A stretch of DNA of 63,538 nucleotides, counting the filler. It is 7 parts of 7 records of this genome, joined end to end, with 100 filler letters (N's around TTAATTAATTAA, not from the genome) between each part and the next. Parts side by side here need not be neighbours in the genome. Positions count along the whole stretch, not along the records: positions 1 to 12,523 come from DRR723986_16612; 6 more parts are not named here. One strand, written 5' to 3'. A program made the translations under genes and the position numbers. This document shows positions 1 to 9,400 of the stretch, piece after piece. The notes beneath the pieces are model-generated. The model was not told where the DNA came from and ran no database searches. It saw only the letters and a list, made by a program, of their open reading frames with translations. Within the stretch, counting starts at the first letter, position 1. Each line of letters begins with the position of its first letter.

Positions 1-693
1 GCGGTCAAGGTCTGGGACAAGCGCGAATTCAAGGATCTCGACGACACCCAGTTGCTAGGCACCCGCAACATCCAGGTCGCCCTCAAGCGACTGCGCAACT
101 TCGCACGAACGGGCGCTGCTGAAGAACTGGACCTCGACGACACCATCCGTGCAACAGCCCACAAGGGCCTTCTGGACATCAAGATGCGGCCGGAACGCCA
201 CAACGCGGTCAAGGTGCTGTTGTTCTTCGATATCGGCGGGTCGATGGACGATCATATCCGGGTCTGTGAGGAGCTGTTTTCAGCCGCACGTTCCGAATTC
301 AAGGTGATGGAACACTTCTACTTCCACAATTGCCTTTACGAGTATGTCTGGAAGGAAAACCGCCGCCGCCATACCGAGCGCATGCCGACGATGGACGTGC
401 TGCACAAGTACCCAGCCGACTACAAGATCATCTTTGTCGGCGATGCGTCCATGAGCCCCTACGAGATTGCCTATGCCGGCGGCTCGGTAGAGCACTGGAA
501 CGAGGAAGCCGGAGCCGACTGGATGCAGCGGATCACCGGGCTTTACAAGAGTGCGGTCTGGCTGAACCCGGTTCGGCAGGAACACTGGCACTACACGCAT
601 TCCATCCAGATGTTGAACGAACTGATGGAAGGCCGCATGTTTCCCATGACGGTCGAAGGCCTGACGGATGCCATGAAGGAACTGGCCAGGTAG
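1..693 (+). CDS. VWA-domain (CoxE-like) protein, 5' truncated
   Basis: Frame is open from base 1 (AVKVWDKREF...); MIDAS-like motif LLFFDIGGSM and a second motif IFVGDASM. Confidence 0.85.
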   Translation, partial: AVKVWDKREFKDLDDTQLLGTRNIQVALKRLRNFARTGAAEELDLDDTIRATAHKGLLDIKMRPERHNAVKVLLFFDIGGSMDDHIRVCEELFSAARSEFKVMEHFYFHNCLYEYVWKENRRRHTERMPTMDVLHKYPADYKIIFVGDASMSPYEIAYAGGSVEHWNEEAGADWMQRITGLYKSAVWLNPVRQEHWHYTHSIQMLNELMEGRMFPMTVEGLTDAMKELAR

Positions 694-726
694 ATCTTCC
701 GCACACAAGGCGCAGAAAGGGATGAA

Positions 727-1854
727 ATGGAACCGACCCCGAAACCCGAGCACCCTTTCTCGCAACCTGTTTCCCACGCAACCACCACCGGCATGTCCGG
801 CGGGGGATTTTACAACGCCAACTCGGCTGCCCAATGGTCTGCCATCGAACAGATATTGCCACTCGTTGAAGAGGCGATTGCGAACCTGCCGGTTAAGGGT
901 ACCGGCCCCGTCGGCATTGCCGATTACGGCTGCTCGGAGGGCCGCAATTCTGTTGCGGTCATGAAACACGCCCTCCCGGCATTGCTTGCGCGCACCGAAC
1001 GGCCAATCCAGACCATCCATTCAGACCTTCCCACAAACGACTTTTCTGAACTTTTCCGCAGCCTCAGACCGGATGGCGGTTCGATCTTCGGGTCAGACAG
1101 GATTTATTCGGCCGCAATCGGTGGCTCGATGTACGATCAGCTCTGCCCGCCGCAGAGCTTGCACCTTGCCACCACCTTCAACGCCATCGGCTTTCTCTCC
1201 TGCCGTCCCGTCGACAGCTTGCCCGGCTATATCCTGCCCAACGGCCCAAGTGTGGCACGGGCAAACGGTTATGTTTCCGAAGAAGACCGGCATGCCTTTG
1301 CCGAACAGGCGAAGAACGATATCGCCCGTTTCCTCACCGTCCGCGCAAGGGAGCTGGTTCCAGGTGGCAAGCTGCTGGTCCAGGTGTTTGGCTCCAAGGG
1401 ACCGGCTCGAACCTGTGACGGCCTTTATGATCTTCTGAACGACGCGGTTCTGGACTTCGTCGAGACCGGAGACATCAGCAGGGAGGTCTATGACCGCTAT
1501 TACCAGCCGGTGTACATGCGAGACCTGCAAGAACTTGCAGACCCGGTCACCAACGATACGTATGGAGCTGCCGGTCTCTATTCACTCGACCGGTCAATGG
1601 AGTACGAAATTGCGGTCCCGTTCGTCGACCGCTTCAAGCAGGACGGCGATCTTGACCGCTATGCCCGCGACTATGTCAATTTCTTCCGCGCCTTCACCGA
1701 AGCCGTTTTGCGCGCAGCCCTGCCTGAAAGCCCGTCGCGGGAGGATCTGATAAACCGGATCTTTGCAAGGGCCGAAGACCTCCTGAAGGCGGACACCAGC
1801 CTCTACCCCTTCCGCTATGCAGCCGTCGCCATGCTGCTGACGCGCAATGGCTGA
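727..1854 (+). CDS. SAM-dependent methyltransferase, SABATH / Methyltransf_7 (carboxyl methyltransferase-like) family
   Basis: Motifs YNANSAAQ, IADYGCSEGRNS, HSDLPTNDF, GSMYDQLCPPQSLH and RARELVPGGKL are collinear with plant SABATH enzymes; RBS AGAAAGG upstream. Confidence 0.85.
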   Translation: MEPTPKPEHPFSQPVSHATTTGMSGGGFYNANSAAQWSAIEQILPLVEEAIANLPVKGTGPVGIADYGCSEGRNSVAVMKHALPALLARTERPIQTIHSDLPTNDFSELFRSLRPDGGSIFGSDRIYSAAIGGSMYDQLCPPQSLHLATTFNAIGFLSCRPVDSLPGYILPNGPSVARANGYVSEEDRHAFAEQAKNDIARFLTVRARELVPGGKLLVQVFGSKGPARTCDGLYDLLNDAVLDFVETGDISREVYDRYYQPVYMRDLQELADPVTNDTYGAAGLYSLDRSMEYEIAVPFVDRFKQDGDLDRYARDYVNFFRAFTEAVLRAALPESPSREDLINRIFARAEDLLKADTSLYPFRYAAVAMLLTRNG

Positions 1855-1924
1855 CGGCTGGAATTCGCGAGCCGATCGACCTTCATAAGCCCGGCATCGA
1901 ACGGCCTGATCGCTGCATGTCGCT

Positions 1925-2350
1925 CTAGCTGCGCAACACCATGACCGAGCACGGTGCATGGCGGACAATGTGGGCGGCATTCGAGCCGATGAAGTAGGTC
2001 GACAGGCCCGGCTTGTGTGATGTCATCAGCACCAGGTCACAATTCGCCTTTTCGGCTTCCTCGATCACTTCATGATACACCGAACCCATACGCACGGTCA
2101 CATCGACAGTGCCTTCGGGAACATCCAGATCAGATGCGATCTTGTCGAGGATTTTCGCGGTTTCCTCGAATTCCCGCTTTTGCCAGCCTTCCGGAAGCTG
2201 GCTCGCCACGAAGCTTTGAACTTCCGGGCAAACGGCCATCAGGTGGATCTTGGAGCCATAGTCGCGGGCAATCTGCGAGGCTTTGGCAAGCGCCTCCGTG
2301 GCAAAGCCGGTTTCGGCCGGGTCAACGGGAACGAGGATTTTCTTGAACAT
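1925..2350 (-). CDS. Universal stress protein (Usp)
   Basis: Starts MFKKILVPVD and ends IGSNAAHIVRHAPCSVMVLR; start chosen at the ATG after the GGGGAG RBS. Confidence 0.93.
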   Translation of the reverse strand: MFKKILVPVDPAETGFATEALAKASQIARDYGSKIHLMAVCPEVQSFVASQLPEGWQKREFEETAKILDKIASDLDVPEGTVDVTVRMGSVYHEVIEEAEKANCDLVLMTSHKPGLSTYFIGSNAAHIVRHAPCSVMVLRS

Positions 2351-2419
2351 GTCTTGTCTCCCCAAAAAATCAGGTCGACTTTTTGTGCGCCTGGAAGACA
2401 TAGGCCGCCATGACAAGGA

Positions 2420-3208
2420 TCAATCGGCTTCGACACCGTCAAAGTATCGGCCGGGCGTCACGCCGAAGGCCTTCTTGAAGGTTGAGACAAAGGCACTCGG
2501 CCCCTCGTAACCGAGCTTGTGGGAGACGTCGGAAACGCTTCGCCCGGACGCCAGCAACTCCAGAGCCCGGAACAGTTTCACCTGCCGGCACCAGGTTCGG
2601 TAGCTGAGCCCCGTCTCCGCTTTTATGCGCCGCTCGAAAGAACGCACGGAAGTCGCACACCGGTCCGCGGCCTCGCTGAGCGAGGGAATATGTGCCGGAC
2701 AGCGGACGACGCCTTCGCACAGTTCGCGCAGACGGGCATCCTGCGGCATCGGCAGTTGCAGGGGGGCAACCGGCAGCATCTTCAGCTGATCCAGGATTAC
2801 CGCGGCGATCCGTGCCGCCGGTCCCTTGTCCGTCTCGGAGCGCGGATAGGACATGAATTCGAGAATGAGTGCCCTGAGCAGGGTCGTCACCTGCATCACC
2901 TGCGGTGTTTGCGGCAGATCCCTCGTGTAATCATACTGGACATAAATGTAACGCAGCTCCGTGTCGGTCAGATACCGGGTCTGGTGGCTGACCCTGGGCG
3001 GCAACCACACCGCCCGCTCGGGCGGCACGAAATAGGTGCCCATCTCCGTGTCGATGGCAATCGATCCCCTGATCACATGGAAGAGCTGCGCTGCATCATG
3101 CGAATGCCAGCCATTGTTCCGGCCCTGCAACTGGGTCCGCGCGTATCCGATAATCGGCGCGGCGACAGCCTCTTTCGGAAACTCGGCAAGTTCGGGATGA
3201 ATGCTCAT
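2420..3208 (-). CDS. AraC-family transcriptional regulator (cupin + double HTH)
   Basis: Cupin motif WHSHDAAQL; C-terminal LGYEGPSAFVSTFKKAFGVTPGRY; divergent from the MFS gene. Confidence 0.93.
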   Translation of the reverse strand: MSIHPELAEFPKEAVAAPIIGYARTQLQGRNNGWHSHDAAQLFHVIRGSIAIDTEMGTYFVPPERAVWLPPRVSHQTRYLTDTELRYIYVQYDYTRDLPQTPQVMQVTTLLRALILEFMSYPRSETDKGPAARIAAVILDQLKMLPVAPLQLPMPQDARLRELCEGVVRCPAHIPSLSEAADRCATSVRSFERRIKAETGLSYRTWCRQVKLFRALELLASGRSVSDVSHKLGYEGPSAFVSTFKKAFGVTPGRYFDGVEAD

Positions 3209-3514
3209 GCGCCGGATCGTATACCTTCACCCCGATATTGCACAGAGGGCCAATAGCACCAGAGGACCCGGCAACGCAGCACAATCACGGCAACTATGCC
3301 CAGTTCCTGCCGGAAAGGTGAAAGGCTTTCCCTGCGCCAAGCCATGATTAACAAGGATAATTTCGCCTTATTACCGGATGCCTAGCGCAGCACCAGCCAG
3401 AATTTGGCGTGTCGGAAACATCTCATGACAAAACAGCGCTAACACGCAAACCCCAATTGGCGTTAGAAACGTCTCGCAACACTGCCGAACGTTTTCTTTT
3501 TCCACGGCCACACA

Positions 3515-4741
3515 ATGTCTTACTTCACCCAGAATGCTCACCCGAACGAGGCGACCGGCTGGCGGTCTCCTGTGGTTCTCCTGATGATCATGGCAGGTGC
3601 CATGCAGCTCTCTTTTGCTGCCTGGTGGAACCTGATGAACAACTTCGCCGTCCAGGAGCTGGATTTCACCGGCCGGGAGATCGGCATTCAGCAATCGATC
3701 CGGGAGATCCCGGGCTTCCTGAGCTTCCTTGCGGTCTATCTCTTGTTGATGATGCGCGAGCAGACGCTCGCCTATGTGTCGCTGCTGCTCCTGGGCGTCG
3801 GCGTTGCCGTCACGGGCTATTTTCCGACCGCGATCGGCTTTTATGTAACGACGCTGATCATGTCGATCGGCTTCCATTACTACGAGACGATGGCGCAGTC
3901 GCTGTCGCTGCAATGGCTGCCCAAGGCAACGGCCGCTGCAAGCATGGGCAAGATCCTGGCCGTTGGCGCCTTCGCCCAGTTGATCGCCTATGGTGTCATC
4001 TTCCTGGCGTGGAAGATGTTCGAACTGTCCTTCACGGTGGTTTTCGCCATTGCCGGTGGGCTGACACTGGTCGTTCTTGTTTTCCTGATCTTCGCCTATC
4101 CGCATTTCCGTGAAGGCGTGCCGCAGCACAAGAAGCTGATCCTGAGAAAACGCTACTGGCTCTATTATGCTCTCACCTTCATGGCTGGTGCGCGGCGGCA
4201 GATCTTCACGGTATTCGCCGGCTTCCTGATGGTCGAACGCTTCGGCTATGACGTTCACGAAGTTGCAGGCCTGTTCCTCCTGAACGGCGCCTTCAACATG
4301 GTGCTGGCACCCAAGATCGGAAAACTGATTGTTCGCTTCGGCGAGCGCAAGGCGCTGGTTCTGGAGTATGTCGGCCTGGTCCTGGTGTTCATCTGCTATG
4401 CCTTCGTCACCAACGCGACACTGGCGGCCAGCCTTTATGTGATCGATCACGCCTTCTTCGCCATCGCCATCGCCATCAAGACCTACTTCCAGAAGATCGC
4501 CGATCCTGCCGATATCGCCCCCACCGCCGGTGTCGCCTTCACGATCAACCACATCGCCGCGGTGTTCATCCCGGTGGTATTCGGCTTCATCTGGCTGGTG
4601 TCCCCGGCTGCGGTCTTCCTGGCCGGCGCTGCCATGGCCTTGGTCAGCCTTGTGCTGGCAACCCTGATCCCGAGCAATCCGGAAGAAGGCCATGAAGTCG
4701 ACTTCTGGTACCGCAAGCCTTCTGCCCAACCTGCAGAGTAA
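3515..4741 (+). CDS. MFS transporter
   Basis: 408 aa with about 12 hydrophobic segments and a loop motif GKLIVRFGERK. Confidence 0.88.
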   Translation: MSYFTQNAHPNEATGWRSPVVLLMIMAGAMQLSFAAWWNLMNNFAVQELDFTGREIGIQQSIREIPGFLSFLAVYLLLMMREQTLAYVSLLLLGVGVAVTGYFPTAIGFYVTTLIMSIGFHYYETMAQSLSLQWLPKATAAASMGKILAVGAFAQLIAYGVIFLAWKMFELSFTVVFAIAGGLTLVVLVFLIFAYPHFREGVPQHKKLILRKRYWLYYALTFMAGARRQIFTVFAGFLMVERFGYDVHEVAGLFLLNGAFNMVLAPKIGKLIVRFGERKALVLEYVGLVLVFICYAFVTNATLAASLYVIDHAFFAIAIAIKTYFQKIADPADIAPTAGVAFTINHIAAVFIPVVFGFIWLVSPAAVFLAGAAMALVSLVLATLIPSNPEEGHEVDFWYRKPSAQPAE

Positions 4742-4757
4742 ACTCTGTACCTGGACA

Positions 4758-4799
4758 AAACAAAACGCCCGCCGGAGTGATCCGGCGGGCGTTTTGTTT
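4758..4799. terminator. Bidirectional intrinsic terminator between convergent MFS and ferredoxin genes
   Basis: AAACAAAACGCCCGCCGGA-GTGA-TCCGGCGGGCGTTTTGTTT, a perfect stem with A-rich and T-rich flanks. Confidence 0.85.
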
Positions 4800-4823
4800 G
4801 AAATCCTGTCTGAACTGACCTGA

Positions 4824-5195
<372 letters not shown>

Positions 5196-5271
5196 TTACG
5201 GCAAAAGGTCAAGGACCGTGCCATTTCCACGCGGCAATCTGCCTCTCCCCGTCCTGGGCGGGGTCTGTCCT

Positions 5272-5634
5272 TCAACCTTCCAGAAGGTCCCGGATGTAAC
5301 GGTTTGCCTCATCGACCGCCGCAATCAGGCCTTCGGTGGCCGTATCGGTGCTGGAGCGCATCTTGCCTTCCAGATTTTCGCAAACGATCGCGACCCGCTC
5401 CGCGCCGATGGCCCGGGCAGACCCTTTCAGGGTATGCACGAGGTCGAGGCGAACGGAATTGTCGGTTTCCTGTTTCAACCGCTCAAGCGTCGAGATGGAC
5501 TGTGACTTGAACAGATGCAGGACCTGCACTTCTAGATCCCGGTTACCCAGCGTATTGGTTGCCAGCTGCACCAGATCGATCGGTGCCTCCGGACCGGCGC
5601 GTCCGGCGACGCGGGCCATGGAAGAAGGGGCCAT
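5272..5634 (-). CDS. Stand-alone Hpt (histidine phosphotransfer) domain protein
   Basis: Hpt signature VHTLKGSARAIGA; start uncertain (5649, 5634 or 5619). Confidence 0.85.
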   Translation of the reverse strand: MAPSSMARVAGRAGPEAPIDLVQLATNTLGNRDLEVQVLHLFKSQSISTLERLKQETDNSVRLDLVHTLKGSARAIGAERVAIVCENLEGKMRSSTDTATEGLIAAVDEANRYIRDLLEG

Positions 5635-5884
5635 AAGGGTGCTCCACATTACTCGATACCTGCCTGACGGCACCCCGCCGCAAGCTGTAGAGCCACAACA
5701 ATGCGCCCCAAGCCCAAACACCCGGTTAAACCGGTTGCTCAAACCGTCCCTTTCGGCCCATGTCCCCAAAAAATTGATTTCATGGTTAATGCGTTTTAAC
5801 GCAGGTTACGAAACAGGATTAAAAAAGTCCTTGCGTTTCCGCCGATTTCCTGAATCGCTAAAATTTTAATGATCTGATTCGCCG

Positions 5885-6199
5885 TTAACTTTTTTTGACT
5901 TTTTGACTTGCAGAAAGTGCTTCGATGGCGGCGGGCGTGAGCTTGCAGACCAGCCAGTCGGGCTTGATTGGGTTGGAAAACCAAGGCTCTGCCCAACCTG
6001 CATCGATACAGGCGCGGATTGTGCGCGCCGGAATTTCCCGGCCGTTGTCATCGAACAGAGGCAGCTTGCCCCCCGCCTGCCCGAGCCCTTTTTGCAACCA
6101 CCGCTTTTGCGCAGCCGTCAACTTTCCCGCTTTGAGAGTAACTTCCAGAACCGTATTTTCAGCATCTGCCGATGCGTCAACCTGCTTTGAATCCGGCAT
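5885..6199 (-). CDS. Hypothetical protein
   Basis: 104-aa ORF with GGGGCGG upstream and protein-like sequence (GGKLPLFD...GWAEPWFSNPIKPDWLVCKLT). Confidence 0.7.
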   Translation of the reverse strand: MPDSKQVDASADAENTVLEVTLKAGKLTAAQKRWLQKGLGQAGGKLPLFDDNGREIPARTIRACIDAGWAEPWFSNPIKPDWLVCKLTPAAIEALSASQKVKKS

Positions 6200-6481
6200 C
6201 CAATCCGCCCCCTAAGTGACTCACGCTATTGCCGTTTCTTGTTCGTTAGGAGAGATTGTGCCATTACAGTTACTGATGCGGCAAGGTGGGGAGTGTACCG
6301 TCGAACGGAAAGTTCACGGTCGGTCAGCGGCGGCCCTCTCGCACGAACAGGTTTTGCGGCGTTGCCACAGCTGGGCAACGCTCGCAACGAGGACGCATCC
6401 GGTAGATAACTGTAAGGAGCTGCGCCAGCGGCTCTGCACGATTACCGGTGTGTAATGAGTACGGATGTGAGGCGACCCTAA

Positions 6482-9400
6482 ATGGCAAATCCGACAAAGG
6501 CGAAAGATCCGGCAGAAGCGGCTCTCTCAGCAGTTGAAGAAGCCCTGAAACTTGATTTCGGCGGCCCGGATACCACAGAAACAACCTCCGCGGCAGAGGC
6601 TAGCCCTGCCCAGGCAGAACCGGCACGCCGGTCCCAGGGGGAAACGCGAGGCCAGTCCCAGCGCGAAGAGCAGCGTCAGTCAAGACGCCGTGGCCGCGGC
6701 GGACGCCCGCCGGCAGCCAACGATGATCGCCGGAACATCGGCAACCTGATCTACTCCTTGCAGCGCCGTCCGTCTTCAGCGCCGTTCTGGGGCGCCCTCG
6801 CCCTCAGCGCCCTTTGGGCCGCGCTTGGCAGCAGCCTCTTCATGACAGCGTTCCCCGACAAGGTCGGATCGCTGACCGATCCCCAGACGCTGCTCAGCTC
6901 TCCTGAAATGATCCTGGCCGTCGTCGGCATCGTCGTTCCGATCATCTTCTTCTTCGTCATGGCCATGATGATCTGGCGCGCGCAGGAAATGCGCATTGTC
7001 GCCCGTGGCATGACCGAAGTGGCCCTGCGTCTTGCCGAACCGGAAGACATGGCCAAGGAAAGCATCCTCAGCGTCGGCCAGGCCATCCGCCGCGAAGTCG
7101 CCGCCATGGGCGACGGCATCGAACGCGCGATCGCACGCGCCAGCGAGCTGGAAGTCCTTGTCCATAATGAAGTGTCTTCGCTGGAACGCTCCTATAATGA
7201 CAACGAACTGAAGATCCGCGCCCTGATCGATGAACTGATCAGCCAGCGCGAGTCCATCGTCATGAACGCCGAGCGCGTGCGCGAAACCATCGCCGGTGCC
7301 CATGAGAGCTTCGCCTCACAGCTCTCCAGCACCTCCGGTGAACTCGGCAGCACCGTGGACCATGCAACCCAGCGCATGATCGATGCGGTCAACAGCCGTG
7401 TTGAAGAACTCACATCCACCGTCGACAGCCGCATCGAGTCTCTCGGTGCAACGCTGAACGCCTCCGGCAATGAACTGGTCGACAGCCTCACGGTCCGCGC
7501 GGAAGACTATGTCGCGCGCCTCTCGTCTACCGGCAACGATCTGGTCGACAGCCTGGCGGAGACCGGTTCCACCATGTGGGAAACGCTCACGGCACGTGGC
7601 AACGAGGTCAACGAACGCTTCGCGGACACCGCGAACACCTTCGTGGAAACCTTGTCCGCTCGCAGCACGACGATCAACGAGACCCTGGCAACCTCCAGCA
7701 ACTCGGTGATCAACACCTTGAGCGAAAAGGCGGACGAGTTCCGGCTCACCCTGGAAACGACGGGCAACAACGTTGGCGAAGTGATCACGGCGCGCGGCGA
7801 GGAAATCAACGCCAACCTGTCGCTCACCTCCGGCCGTCTCATCGACACCATCACCTCGCGCACCGAGGAACTGGTGGCAACCGTCGACAACCGCGTCACC
7901 ACGCTGGACGAGTCCCTTGCCGAAACCGGCAACCGTGTGGTCGAGAGCATTTCGGAAAAAGGCCAGGCAGTTACCGACACCATCTCGATCCGGGGTGCGG
8001 AAATCGTCGAGACCCTGTCCAGCCGGTCTACGGAAGTTGCGGAAATCCTGCGCGGCACCGGCGAGAGCATCGTGGTCGATCTGTCGCTGCGGGGCGGTGA
8101 AATCGCCTCCAAGCTCGACGAAACGGCAGGGTCCCTCACCCAGACCATCTCCGTTCGCGGTGGTGAGCTGGCCGAGAAACTCGACAACATTTCCGAACGT
8201 ATCTACACCGCCATCTCCATCAACGGCAGCGAACTGGACGAACGTCTGGCTGCCCGCAGCAACGAGATGGCCACCATCCTGGAACAGCAGACCATTGGCT
8301 TCCGGGAGACCCTGGAAAGCGTCTCCGGCGAATTCTCTGCAAGCCTCGGCGACCAAACCGGTGCACTTACCCAGAAACTGGCGGAAACCGGAACCCAGCT
8401 TGCCGAACTCATCGGCAGCCGCGGCGACCGTGTAGCCGGCGACATCAACCAGATCAGCGGCAAGATCGCCGAAACTCTGGAAGTACGTGGCCAGGCGCTG
8501 CAGGACGGCCTGTCGAGCCGCCTCACCGAGCTGGAAACCATCGTCACCGATCGCGGCGGCCAGCTGATCGACGCTTTCGACACCAAGACCCTGCTGTTGT
8601 CCGAAGCGCTGGATTCACGCCTGTCCACGCTGGACACGACGTTCGCCACCCGTATCGACTCCATGGACGCCTCTCTGGGCGATCGCATCGCGACAATGGA
8701 TGCATCGCTCGACCAGCGCTATTCGGCAATCGATGCAACCCTGACCGACCGTATCGCGGCCATGGATGCGACCCTCGAGCAGCGTTACACCGCCATCGAC
8801 ACGACCCTGACCGATCGTATCGCCACCATGGATGCGACCCTCGAACAGCGTTACACCGCCATCGACACGACCTTGACCGACCGTATCGCCACCATGGACA
8901 GCTCTCTGGAGCACCGCTTCACCACCATGGATGCGGGCCTTGGCGAGCGGATCGGCACCATGGACGCTTCGCTGGAACAGCGCTACGCCCTGATGGACGC
9001 CACCCTCACCGATCGCATCAGCACGCTGGACATTTCGCTTGAGCATCGCCTCTCGTCGATGGACAGCTCGCTCAGCGAGCGGATCTCCACGATGGACTCC
9101 TCTCTCGGCAGTCACATCAACACCCTGGACCTGACGCTCGATCAGCGGACCGCGGCCTTCGAGGCAACCCTGGAAGCCCGTACGCAGATCCTGTCCGATG
9201 CCATCGAGAACCGCACCACCGGCATCAGCGATGCGCTGGAGGAAAAGACCCGCAACATCACCGATGTACTTGCGGACCGTTCCGACGCCATCACGCTGCA
9301 GCTTGGTCAGCGCATCGAAGCGGCCGGCAATACCCTTGCGGAACGCGCCGAGGAAATCGGCCAGTCCCTGTCGCAGCGCGTTGATACAGCAACGTCTGCA

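Noticed and set aside
1..693. Functional link between the CoxE-like VWA gene and the cox cluster at 24-26 kb
   Set aside because: They are on different contigs with different composition, probably from different organisms
5786..5809. Canonical CtrA box upstream of the Hpt gene
   Set aside because: TTAA half-sites are separated by 6 nt, not 7; kept only as supporting detail in a finding
8630..9157. 33/66-bp periodic sequence as a CRISPR array
   Set aside because: There are no unique spacers, the units are in-frame coding repeats with synonymous variation, and no cas genes are present
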